Source of the DNA: an uncultured beta proteobacterium
GTDB taxonomy: Bacteria > Pseudomonadota > Gammaproteobacteria > Burkholderiales > JACQAP01
DNA: 64,000 nucleotides
Assembly: GCA_963846655.1 (NCBI GenBank)
Contig: CAWJWT010000002.1
Span: 875,247 to 939,246, forward strand
Direction: 5' to 3'
Shown: piece after piece, positions 19,701-28,192 of the stretch
How positions within the stretch are numbered: the stretch's first letter is position 1
Layout: every line of letters begins with the position of its first letter
Program-made: the position numbers and the translations under genes
The notes under the pieces: generated by a model
Told to the model about the DNA's origin: nothing
What the model saw: the letters and a program-made list of their open reading frames with translations, nothing else
The model's database searches: none

Positions 19701-21839
19701 CTCACCCATTGCGCGGTCTCGGTGATCGGCGTGGTCGTCGTCGAGGTCAGATTGGTGCAGCCCCCGCCCAAAGCGCTCAGCGCATAGGTATTGCCGCCGA
19801 ATGTCGTGGTCGTAGGCCCGGCGCCAACCGTGGTGTCGGTCTGATCGTAGGTCGTGGTCCTGCGCCAGACGCGCGCCCGGTTGGCCCCGCATGTGCCGGT
19901 TGCTTGCGTGCCGCCTGGCACTCCGGAAACGTTCGGCCCGAACGTCGTGGCGGTTACGTTGCCAAAACTGCTTGCGGCGGTTGCCGTCAGGGTTTGTTCC
20001 TGAATGACCGTGAACTGCGTCACTCGCGTGTTGGTCTGGGCAACACAGGCGCCGTTGCTGAAGTTATAGGTGGTTCCGCTCGTGGTCGGCGCACCCGCAA
20101 CGCCGTCAGTCGTGACGACCGTCGTGTTGTAGGTCGTGGTACGCGTTTTGACGTTCGCAAAATTCGAAGCGCAACTGCCCGACTGGTTCGCACCCGCGGC
20201 GACGCCGTTGACCGCGCTGAACGTGGACATGGCATTGCCGCTCAGTTTCTGCTGGTCGGTCATGGTGGTCGGCGTGACGGTGGTCACGACCGTCGCGTTA
20301 CACGCCGTGATGTCCTGATAGGTCGTGGCGCTGCTGGGCGTCGTGCTCAGGACCACGCCGTCGCGCGAGACGACCGTACTGATCGAGGCGGACGTCTGCT
20401 GCTTGACGCGCTTGAAATTCGCCGAGCAACCGCAAGGCGAGGCACCGAAAGCGTTGGCGTTGCCGGTACAAATCTGCTGGTTCAGCGTATTGGTGGTGTT
20501 GACGGTTGTGAGCTGGAATGAACCGTCCAGCAACGGGCGCGGCGCGGTGGTCGGATCGGAGTCCTGATTGCCGATGGCGCTGCCATCAAGGCGCTGTCCG
20601 GCATTGCCGTTCCAGAAACCGTCTGTGGACAACAACGTGAAATTCTGCTGGCACGAATACTGGACCGGATCGTCCGTGATGCCGTTATTGATACCGGTCT
20701 TCACATTGCCATAGTAGCGGCCGACCCGGGACAAGGCTTCGCGCAGCGGCGTCCCACTGGCCGCATCCTGTGCGTAAAACTTGGTAAACCACTGGTCCTT
20801 TTGTCCGCCTGCGCCGGCCGTAAAATCCGCGATCGGCAGGAATTTCGATGTCAGAACGGGATTGCCAGGATTGATCGTAATGAAACCGACGCGGAAGTTA
20901 TCGGTCACCTGCTTGAACGTCAGCCCCGTCGCCGTCTTCATCGTTTGCATGCGGCTGCGATAGTAGGCATACCAGTTGGCGAAGTTCGTCATTTCCTGCG
21001 CGTAGCTGCAACCGGTGGCGCCGACAGCGCCGGTGCAGTCTGTGCGCGAAGCCGCGCGCGGATAGTTGGCGGTCGACGAAACGATATCCGTCCGCGTGAA
21101 GCCGTTGTCTGCCGCTGCCGAATTTCGGATACTGGAAAGTCGCGGTTTTCTTCGGCTGGCAGGTGCCGTTGCCGAAGCCCTTGGTGCCGTCTCTGGTGCT
21201 GCACCAGGCGAGCGCGCTGATGGTGTAGTAATACGGAGTCCGGCGTGCCGGTCACGGCGAACTTCCGGTTATATGTCCCGTTCGGATAAGTCCACACACC
21301 GCCCACGATGGGCAGTCTGCACACGCCGCTGGAGAACGGCGGGGTGCGGTCGGTCGCTGAAGGGGAGTTGGTGTTGCACCAGACCGTATCCGGATAAGCC
21401 GCCGTCAAGATCGATGTTGCCCGAGAACTGGACTCCGTAGGCGTCGTTCGGCACTGCCGTCCAGGTGGTATAGCTGGTCCGGCTGGTTCCGTCATAGTTA
21501 ACCGCGGGCGTATAGGTGATGGCCGGGTTGTAGTACATGCCGTTGAACAGCGCGGCGTTGTACGCCGGGTCGGCAAAACTGCAGGTTCGCAGCGTGGCGT
21601 CGTCGTCCTTGCAGGCGGGATCGTCGGAAACCGAGTCCGGCATGTAATCCCGATCCATACTGCCGGAGCCATCCAGCACGAACATCAGGTTGGGCTTCAC
21701 GACTGCGCTGGCCGTGTTGGCCATCGGTGCGGGTGCGATGTCGGTCAACGCCGCGTTGACTGTGGTCATGGCCAGTCCCAAGCCGAGGACAAGGGCCATC
21801 TCTGGTCATAGTCAGGCTCGTCGGTGCAGTGCGCTTCAT
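16727..21839 (-). pseudogene. pilY1: Type IV pilus tip adhesin / biogenesis factor PilY1 (~1700 codons), fragmented by at least 8 frameshifts as sequenced
   Basis: Pieces in three frames: 21269-21799 (signal peptide, vWA MIDAS KPNLMFVLDGSGSMD), part of 20989-21672, 18488-20992 (EMTNFANWYAYYRSRM...), part of 19243-19551, 18037-18384+, 17502-18092 ([26 protein letters not shown], beta-propeller) and 16727-17593 (VYGADLQGYLWRFNL). Conserved sequence continues across each junction only after a frame change. Confidence 0.85.
19310..20470 (-). repeat. Four ~90-aa Thr/Ser/Gly-rich two-cysteine modules inside pilY1 (coding repeat)
   Basis: Recurrent pattern C-x(5-8)-VK-x-(R/Q)-T-T-x-Y...TT..G......TTS.TTY.FS...C. 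First Cys of each module is at residues ~187/189, 274, 368 and 458 of the 834-aa ORF. Confidence 0.6.
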
Positions 21840-21872
21840 GATAGCTCCCGGATGCATAACGGATCAGGTCGA

Positions 21873-22451
21873 TCAGTAAATAAAAGCTTGCAGATAACTG
21901 TTGGTGAATTTGGGTCCTTCGATCTTTGCGGTGATGCGGTAAAACACCAGCGAGGTGCCGGACAGCGGTGAGCTGCCGTAGGAACTGCCGCCTTTGGTGC
22001 TGCCGACCGATACCGTGGCTACTTTCACGCAGTCGGTTGCGTCGATGGATTTGCCGGATTCGTTGCACATGCGATGGGCCACGTAGTAAATGGTGTTGCC
22101 GTAGCTGTCGGTGCCCACCAGTGTTGAACTGGCGAGCCAGTCGAAGGACTTCGCGTCGAAAGAAGGTTGCCAGTTCGCGAAATAGCCTCCCTGGTCGGCT
22201 TCCAGTTGTCCCGGTGTCTTGGTCGTCAGCCAGGCGCGCGCGGATTCGATCGCGGCGTCGCCCGCGCTTGCGGCGGCGTTCTTGAAGGCCAGGTTGCCCG
22301 CAATCAGATTATTTGTGTCGACCGAGCGCATCATGCCGAGTCCCGCCAAAGTCATGGCGACCAGGACGATCAGTGCGATAAACAGCACCACGCCGCGCTG
22401 CGCACCGCGTGCACTGCGGAGCCGGACGATTCTGCAAGAAGAGGAGGTCAT
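21873..22451 (-). CDS. pilX: Type IV pilus minor pilin PilX
   Basis: ATG 22451 overlaps the pilW stop by 1 nt. N-terminus MTSSSCRIVRLRSARGAQRGVVLFIALIVLVAMTLAGLGMMRS (PilX_N-type hydrophobic segment). Sits between pilW and pilY1. Confidence 0.75.
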   Translation of the reverse strand: MTSSSCRIVRLRSARGAQRGVVLFIALIVLVAMTLAGLGMMRSVDTNNLIAGNLAFKNAAASAGDAAIESARAWLTTKTPGQLEADQGGYFANWQPSFDAKSFDWLASSTLVGTDSYGNTIYYVAHRMCNESGKSIDATDCVKVATVSVGSTKGGSSYGSSPLSGTSLVFYRITAKIEGPKFTNSYLQAFIY

Positions 22452-23569
22452 CAGTTGCTCCAGATCATGTTGCGCAAAGGCACGACGGTTTCGTACACGC
22501 GATAGCGGTAGTTGCGCCAATCGGTACCATCGGCAGGATTCGACATGGTGAATGCGCCACCGAACCAGGTGGGCGCGGCAGCGGTCACCGCGGTTTTCTC
22601 GAATTGCGCACTGCGCGCCAGCACTGCGATACGCAGTGCGCGCACCTGCATCCATTCGGCCGAGGTGGTGGGGGCGGTCGTATTCCACGCATCGACGACG
22701 CTGTCGGCATTGGTGTCTTTGCCGTATTGGGCTTTGAGTTGCACGATGCCATCACCGATGTCGGCATCGGAAGTGCCGTCGCCATCGCCGTCTTGCGCGG
22801 CGACGTACGGGATCAAGGTCCGGGTCTGGAGCCTGTCGTTGCCGATTTGATAAGTGACGACGGTCGGTGCGCGTCCGAGCGTGAAGAGCATTGCGGCCGT
22901 CGAGTAATCGACTCCGGACCCACCGCCCTTGTTGTACGTCGCGGTGGGGCTGATCGTGTTGCCGGCATTGTCGACATAGCTGTAGGCAACCCCGCTGGCA
23001 TGTTCGACTGTGTTGATGGCGGCAGGTACGAAACCCGTGACTTCGGCCATCGAACAGTCCAGTCCCGACTCGCTTGCCACCACCAGGTCACCCAAGAGGA
23101 CGCCTGCCGCGTTCTTCAGCGGGAAGTCCGCGCCGGATAAGGCAGCACCGACAAATGCATTTCCCTCCACGACGTTGGGCGAATCGCCGTAGATCACGGT
23201 AATCGAGTCCGGCGCACCGGCCGCACCGACCGTGATCGACACCGGCGCCATCGGGAAAGTGAAGTCGGGAGCGGGCCGGTCGCTGTTGTACGCGCGCGTG
23301 GTGCAGCCGAGCATGTTGCTGCCCGGCGAAACCATGCCGAACCCGGCACTGCGAATCGAACTTTCCAGCGTGAACAAGGCAATGTTGCCGTTGATCTGCG
23401 CGTCACTGGTCCCGGTGGTGGTGCGCTTTCTTTCCTCGGAGGTCGCGTACACCTGCATGATGACGACCATGCCCACCAGGCCGATCAGTACCGCGGCCAG
23501 GATTTCCGGCAGGCTCATGCCGCGCATGAGCCGGGGGTTTTGGGGTATCCGCTTTGATGGCTGCCTCAT
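22451..23569 (-). CDS. pilW: Type IV pilus minor pilin PilW
   Basis: Prepilin-like N-terminus ...MRGMSLPEILAAVLIGLVGMVVIM (Glu at +5). ~372 aa. ATG lies 8 nt after the pilV stop. Confidence 0.8.
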   Translation of the reverse strand: MRQPSKRIPQNPRLMRGMSLPEILAAVLIGLVGMVVIMQVYATSEERKRTTTGTSDAQINGNIALFTLESSIRSAGFGMVSPGSNMLGCTTRAYNSDRPAPDFTFPMAPVSITVGAAGAPDSITVIYGDSPNVVEGNAFVGAALSGADFPLKNAAGVLLGDLVVASESGLDCSMAEVTGFVPAAINTVEHASGVAYSYVDNAGNTISPTATYNKGGGSGVDYSTAAMLFTLGRAPTVVTYQIGNDRLQTRTLIPYVAAQDGDGDGTSDADIGDGIVQLKAQYGKDTNADSVVDAWNTTAPTTSAEWMQVRALRIAVLARSAQFEKTAVTAAAPTWFGGAFTMSNPADGTDWRNYRYRVYETVVPLRNMIWSN

Positions 23570-23577
23570 GATTGGCC

Positions 23578-24024
23578 TCAATTGATGTATGCCGTCATGA
23601 CGTACTGGTGCACCGACGTATCGCTCGGATTGCGCCAGCGCAGGGTCACCGTGGTCTGGGTGCCCACCGCCGCGCCCAGGGGGCTGACACCGACCGTAAC
23701 GATCGGCGGGTTGGCGGCAGCATCCGGCAGGGAGGCATTGACCCGCGCGACCCAGTTGGTCAGTGCTGCGGGCGCGGTACCGCTGCCCGAATACTGATAA
23801 GTCGCCAGCGCGGTGCGGTTCACCCACATTTCGCCGACGAGCTGGCTCGCGAGGCTGCTCGCTTCGGCACGGTCGCGCGAGTCGGTGGCCAGCCGGATGC
23901 TCATGGCTTGCATGCCGACCATGGCCAGAATGCCGAGCGAGAAAATAAGAATACCGATGAGCGCTTCCAGCAGCATCACGCCCGACTGGGCGTTACGCGA
24001 AGAGCGTCTTGATTTGGATGTCAT
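23578..24024 (-). CDS. pilV: Type IV pilus minor pilin PilV
   Basis: MTSKSRRSSRNAQSGVMLLEALIGILIFSLGILAM (prepilin N-terminal motif). GGGGGG Shine-Dalgarno upstream. 148 aa. Confidence 0.8.
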   Translation of the reverse strand: MTSKSRRSSRNAQSGVMLLEALIGILIFSLGILAMVGMQAMSIRLATDSRDRAEASSLASQLVGEMWVNRTALATYQYSGSGTAPAALTNWVARVNASLPDAAANPPIVTVGVSPLGAAVGTQTTVTLRWRNPSDTSVHQYVMTAYIN

Positions 24025-24037
24025 TGCGTGCCCCCCT

Positions 24038-24573
24038 TTAGCATCTGCGCGAATCGCCGGCCGTGGCGACTTGCGGATCGCACATCTTGATCTGGCCGCC
24101 AACCGCCACTGTCAGAGTTCAAGCAGCGCATATTGGTGGTGCCGGTGCCGCAGGCGCCACCGGTCGGATTGGTGACCTGGATGGTTGCGGCCGCCGCAAG
24201 ATTGGTCTTTGCCCAGGCCGTCGAAGGTGATCGTTGGATTGGTGGTGGCAATGACCGCGTTCGGCGTACCTTCGGCCGCGGAACGCGTTTGCACCGTTCC
24301 ATTTTCCAGCGCGGACGGGCTGTCGATCGTGACCGTCCAGCTTGAATCGGGGCCGGCCATGCTGAAGGTCACGGCTTTGTTGCGCTGTACTGCGTTGGCG
24401 CGCGCCAGTTGCAGTCCGTTCAAGACGGATTCGGCGGCATTGCGCACTTGCACGTTCTGCAGCCAGGCGGTGAAACTCGGCACACCCAGGCCCAGCAGTA
24501 CGCCGATGATGACGAAGCCGATCAGCAGTTCGATCAGCGTCAGGCCAGCCGAAAAACGGGCGCGCATCAGCAT
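24038..24573 (-). pseudogene. fimT: GspH/FimT(FimU)-family minor pilin; two apparent frameshifts (~24205-24210 and ~24112-24125)
   Basis: [34 protein letters not shown]...NPTITFDGLG in frame a; KTNLAAAATIQVTNPTGGACGTGTTNMRCL in frame b; TLTVAVGGQIKMCDPQVATAGDSRRC-stop (typical family C-terminus) in frame c, ending at TAA 24040-24038. Confidence 0.75.
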
Positions 24574-24986
24574 GTGCCGTTCTTCCTGACGATCCAGCAG
24601 CTGGCATTGCCGATCCAGCCTTTGGTTGCAGCGCCCCCGGTGATGACCGTAGCTCGTGCATTGCTCTGGTCGATGGAAAAGGCGAATCCGGAAAGGTCGC
24701 TTTGGCCGGTGGCGGTGACCGTATAGGTAGTGGCGCTCAGGTTCGAGCAGGCATAAGTGAAGTATTTGGCGTTCGTCGTCGAGCACGGCATACCTGCATA
24801 CGACCGATTGTCCTGAAACCACTGTTCGGATTGCACGCGGATCGCGAGCAGATTCGAATAGGCTTCGGGCAACTTGCCGCGGAGGACGTACTGGTTATAG
24901 GAAGGCAGCGCAACGGCGGCCAGAACGCCGACAATCGCGACTGCGATCAACAGTTCGATCAACGTGAATCCGCCCGACTTCTTCAT
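24567..24986 (-). CDS. pilE: Type IV pilin-like protein PilE
   Basis: [33 protein letters not shown] (class III signal / N-methylation motif, Glu +5). C-terminal Cys pair. Strong AAGGAGG Shine-Dalgarno at 24991-24997. Confidence 0.85.
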   Translation of the reverse strand: MKKSGGFTLIELLIAVAIVGVLAAVALPSYNQYVLRGKLPEAYSNLLAIRVQSEQWFQDNRSYAGMPCSTTNAKYFTYACSNLSATTYTVTATGQSDLSGFAFSIDQSNARATVITGGAATKGWIGNASCWIVRKNGTC

Positions 24987-25247
24987 GCAATCCTCCTTTT
25001 TTGGTGCATGAAGACTAGCGGTCGCGGAATCGGTATGCCATCGTCTTCCGACGAGAGGTCAGTTTGGCAGAACGAACGGCAGGCCAAACGCTAGCCAACA
25101 AACGCGGAACGCTTTATCGTTGGCAGACGTTTTTTGTCAGTCCCGGACGTTTTCGCGCCTGACTCGAAAGTCACCGAAAAGCCCTTGAACATACCGATGC
25201 AATTTGCTGGACTCTCGATTCTGCGCCCGCAGCGGCCGACTGCCGAC

Positions 25248-25943
25248 ATGCGACTTGCGATGGCGGTGGTGGCGTCCTTGCTGCTGCATGCAATCATGCT
25301 GATGACATTGTCTTCGGTTTCGTTGGCGGGCAACGGGTTTACCTGGCCGGTTCAGATGCCTTTAAGCGTCCTGATCGAGAAGCCGACGCCCGCGCGGAAA
25401 GCAACGCCACCCGTGCACGTTTCCAATCCAATGGTGGTCAACGCGAAGCGAGCGCCGCCCGCCCGGAGTGCCGAGGCTGCAAGCGCCTCGCCACCAAGCG
25501 CGGTGGATGTCCCGCAATACCCGGCGCAACCCGGGGTGAGCGTATCCGAGATGCTCTATCCGGGTTCCATTCCGGCGCGGGTCACCAGTCCACTGCTGCT
25601 TGATGAGACTTATCGACCCGCGACCGACATCAGCGAACCCCCGTCGGCGATAGCGATCAGGATTCCAACGTATCCGTTGCCGGCGCAGGAGCAAAAATCG
25701 TCCGGATGGGTGATCGTCATGCTATTCCTCGACGAACGCGGAAGGGTCGTCGATACGGTCGCACTCACGTCCAGCGAATCGTTCAGTGCGTACGAGGAAA
25801 GTGTCGCCGCGCAACTGCAAGGCTCTTTCTATGCGCCGGGAAAATTGGATGGGCAAGCGGTGAAAACACGCATGTTCGCGAAGGTGCGGTTCGATTTCGG
25901 GCGCTCTGACGTCCATTGCGGCCGGCGACGCGCTGCCGCATGA
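25248..25943 (+). CDS. TonB-family energy transducer-like protein
   Basis: N-terminal anchor MRLAMAVVASLLLHAIMLM, Pro/Ala-rich spacer, C-terminal TonB_C-like IPTYPLPAQEQKSSGWVIVMLFLDERGRVVDTVAL...APGKLDGQAVKTRMFAKVRFDF. The start was chosen at the ATG before the TM helix (the ORF track starts at 25134). Confidence 0.65.
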   Translation: MRLAMAVVASLLLHAIMLMTLSSVSLAGNGFTWPVQMPLSVLIEKPTPARKATPPVHVSNPMVVNAKRAPPARSAEAASASPPSAVDVPQYPAQPGVSVSEMLYPGSIPARVTSPLLLDETYRPATDISEPPSAIAIRIPTYPLPAQEQKSSGWVIVMLFLDERGRVVDTVALTSSESFSAYEESVAAQLQGSFYAPGKLDGQAVKTRMFAKVRFDFGRSDVHCGRRRAAA

Positions 25944-25992
25944 AGATTAGGCGCGTTCGACAGCGTCCGACACGTACCCTATAATCGATTTC

Positions 25993-26421
25993 ATGCAACA
26001 GCAGTACAACCGCGAAAATCTGGCCGAGAAACTGCGGCTCCACGGGATCAATCCGACGCACCAGCGCATCGAGATTGCCTATGCGCTGTTTTCGCGATGC
26101 GAGCACTTGTCCGCGGATCAGATCATGGCGATCGTCAACGAACACCACTCCGAATCGTCCAAAGCCACGATTTACAATACCCTTAATCTTTTTCTGGAAA
26201 AGAAGCTGATCCGGGAAGTGATCGTCGATCCCAACAAGGTTTTCTACGATCCGAATACTTCCGCCCACTATCATCTGTACGATGTGGGGACCGGCAGGCT
26301 CACCGATATCGATGCCGCGGACGTGCGCATTTCGGGACTGCCATCGTTGCCCGTTGGAATGATCAGCGAGGGCATGGACATCGTCATCCGCGTTCGGTCC
26401 GCGAACTCGTCCCGTTCCTAG
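25993..26421 (+). CDS. Fur-family transcriptional regulator lacking CxxC zinc motifs (Irr/PerR-like)
   Basis: 142 aa. Winged-helix part LRLHGINPTHQRIEIAYALF...SADQIMAIV...SKATIYNTLNLFLEKKLIREV and HYHLYD. Only one Cys in the protein. A tataat hexamer lies just upstream (~25979). Confidence 0.7.
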   Translation: MQQQYNRENLAEKLRLHGINPTHQRIEIAYALFSRCEHLSADQIMAIVNEHHSESSKATIYNTLNLFLEKKLIREVIVDPNKVFYDPNTSAHYHLYDVGTGRLTDIDAADVRISGLPSLPVGMISEGMDIVIRVRSANSSRS

Positions 26422-26423
26422 CT

Positions 26424-27212
26424 TCAGCGGCCGGTAAATCGCGCCGGGCGTTTTTCCTTGAACGCCGTCACGCCTTCGCGGAAATCCTCACTGGCCGCGG
26501 CTTCGCGCTGCAGGTCTCGCTCGAGATCGAGCTGCTGGTCGAACGTGTGGGCCGCCGCGGCATAGATTGCACGCTTGGTCAGCCCCAGTGCGCGCGTGGC
26601 CTGGGAGGCGAGTTGCCGCGCCAGCGCCATGGCCTCGGGCATGAGCCGCTCATCGTCGACACATTTCCAGATCATGCCCCAGGCTTGCGCTCGTTCGGCG
26701 TCAACTTTCTCCGCCAGCATGGCCGCGGCCATGGCGCGGGCCGTGCCGATCAGACGCGGCAGCGTGAACGTGCCTCCCGCGTCGGGGATCAGGCCGATGC
26801 GGCTGAATGCCTGAATGAAGCTCGCCGATCGCGCCGCAATCACGATGTCGCAGGCCAGCGCCAGGTTACAACCGGCGCCCGCTGCCACGCCATTGACCGC
26901 GCAGAGCACGGGATAGGGCAGCGCACGCAACTGCCTCAGCAGCGGGTTGTAATTCTTCTCCAGAGAACTGCCGACATCTGTCTGCTCTCCCGGATTGCGT
27001 TCGGACAGATCCTGTCCGGCGCAGAAGCCGCGGCCTGCGCCGGTTATCATCATTGCGCGCACGCTCGAATCGGCCTGGATGCGCTGCATGGCCTGCTTCA
27101 ATTCCCCATGCATTTCGCCGGTGAATGCGTTCAGGCGTTCCGGACGATTCAGCGTGATCGTCGCAACGCCTTCGGCAATATCCAATAAAATGGTATTGAA
27201 ATTCACAAGCAT
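26424..27212 (-). CDS. Enoyl-CoA hydratase/isomerase family protein (PaaG-like)
   Basis: ATG at 27212 with a GAGGAA Shine-Dalgarno. [14 protein letters not shown]...[14 protein letters not shown]...[14 protein letters not shown] (crotonase-fold oxyanion-hole motifs). The 519-aa ORF-track version is an antisense read-through extension. Confidence 0.8.
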   Translation of the reverse strand: MLVNFNTILLDIAEGVATITLNRPERLNAFTGEMHGELKQAMQRIQADSSVRAMMITGAGRGFCAGQDLSERNPGEQTDVGSSLEKNYNPLLRQLRALPYPVLCAVNGVAAGAGCNLALACDIVIAARSASFIQAFSRIGLIPDAGGTFTLPRLIGTARAMAAAMLAEKVDAERAQAWGMIWKCVDDERLMPEAMALARQLASQATRALGLTKRAIYAAAAHTFDQQLDLERDLQREAAASEDFREGVTAFKEKRPARFTGR

Positions 27213-27281
27213 TTCCTCTTCTTGTCTTCCGGACGCGGATGCGGCCGTCGACGAATTATAAAACTCACCGGAAGGACCAGC

Positions 27282-28064
27282 ATGGCCTACGAAAACATAA
27301 TCGTTGAAACCCGCGGCAAGGTTGGCTTGATCACGCTCAATCGGCCCAAGGCGCTGAACGCGCTCTCGCCGGAGCTGATGCGCGAAATGGCGGTGGCGCT
27401 CGACGCCTTCGAGAGTGACGAGAACATCGGCTGCATCGTTCTGACCGGCGGCGAAAAGGCCTTTGCAGCGGGCGCTGACATCAAGGCCATGAAGCAAAAA
27501 ACCTACATGGATGTCTACAAGGAGGATTTCATCACGGCCGACTGGGAGCGCGTCGCACTTTGCCGCAAGCCGGTCATCGCCGCCGTGGCAGGCTACGCGC
27601 TGGGCGGCGGATGCGAACTGGCCATGATGTGCGACTTCATCATCGCGGCCGACAACGCAAGATTCGGCCAGCCCGAGATCAACCTCGGCGTGATCCCGGG
27701 GGCCGGCGGCACCCAGCGGCTGCCACGCTTTGTCGGCAAATCCAAGGCCATGGAGATGGTGCTGCTCGGCCAGGCGCGCATGATGGACGCCGCCGAAGCC
27801 GAACGGGTCGGTCTGGTCAGCCGCATCGTGCCGGTTGCGCAACTCATGGACGACGCGCTGCAGACTGCGAACCGCATTTGTGCGCTGTCGCTGCCGGTGG
27901 TCATGATGGCCAAGGAAGCGGTGAATCGCGCATTCGAGACGACCCTTGGCGAAGGGGTCCGCTTCGAGCGGCGCTTGTTCCACTCCGGCTTTGCCATCGA
28001 CGACCAGAAGGAGGGCATGGCGGCTTTCATCGAAAAGCGCCCGCCCGTTTTCAAGAACCGCTGA
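27282..28064 (+). CDS. Enoyl-CoA hydratase (short-chain crotonase)
   Basis: [28 protein letters not shown]...[17 protein letters not shown]...[18 protein letters not shown]. 260 aa. Confidence 0.85.
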   Translation: MAYENIIVETRGKVGLITLNRPKALNALSPELMREMAVALDAFESDENIGCIVLTGGEKAFAAGADIKAMKQKTYMDVYKEDFITADWERVALCRKPVIAAVAGYALGGGCELAMMCDFIIAADNARFGQPEINLGVIPGAGGTQRLPRFVGKSKAMEMVLLGQARMMDAAEAERVGLVSRIVPVAQLMDDALQTANRICALSLPVVMMAKEAVNRAFETTLGEGVRFERRLFHSGFAIDDQKEGMAAFIEKRPPVFKNR

Positions 28065-28116
28065 CGGGATTTCGCGTTGCCCGCCGGCCCGCGCGCACCG
28101 TATAATGCGCGCCCAC

Positions 28117-28192
28117 GCCGCTGTAGCTCAGTTGGTAGAGCAGCGCATTCGTAATGCGAAGGTCGCCAGTTCGACTCCGGCCAGCGGCACCA
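28117..28192 (+). tRNA. tRNA-Thr (anticodon CGU)
   Basis: Manual cloverleaf. 7-bp acceptor stem GCCGCTG/CAGCGGC, D-arm GCTC/GAGC with AGTTGGTA loop, anticodon loop TTCGTAA, T-loop TTCGACT, encoded CCA. One A-C mismatch in the T-stem (positions 52:62 = nt 28168/28178) and a G-A at 27:43. Confidence 0.9.

Noticed and set aside
25026-25040. Possible sigma-54 promoter for pilE (minus strand TGGCATACCGATTCC).
   Set aside because: The -24 element is good, but the -12 element reads TTCC instead of TTGC, so GC is not at the required spacing from GG. It cannot be supported from sequence alone.
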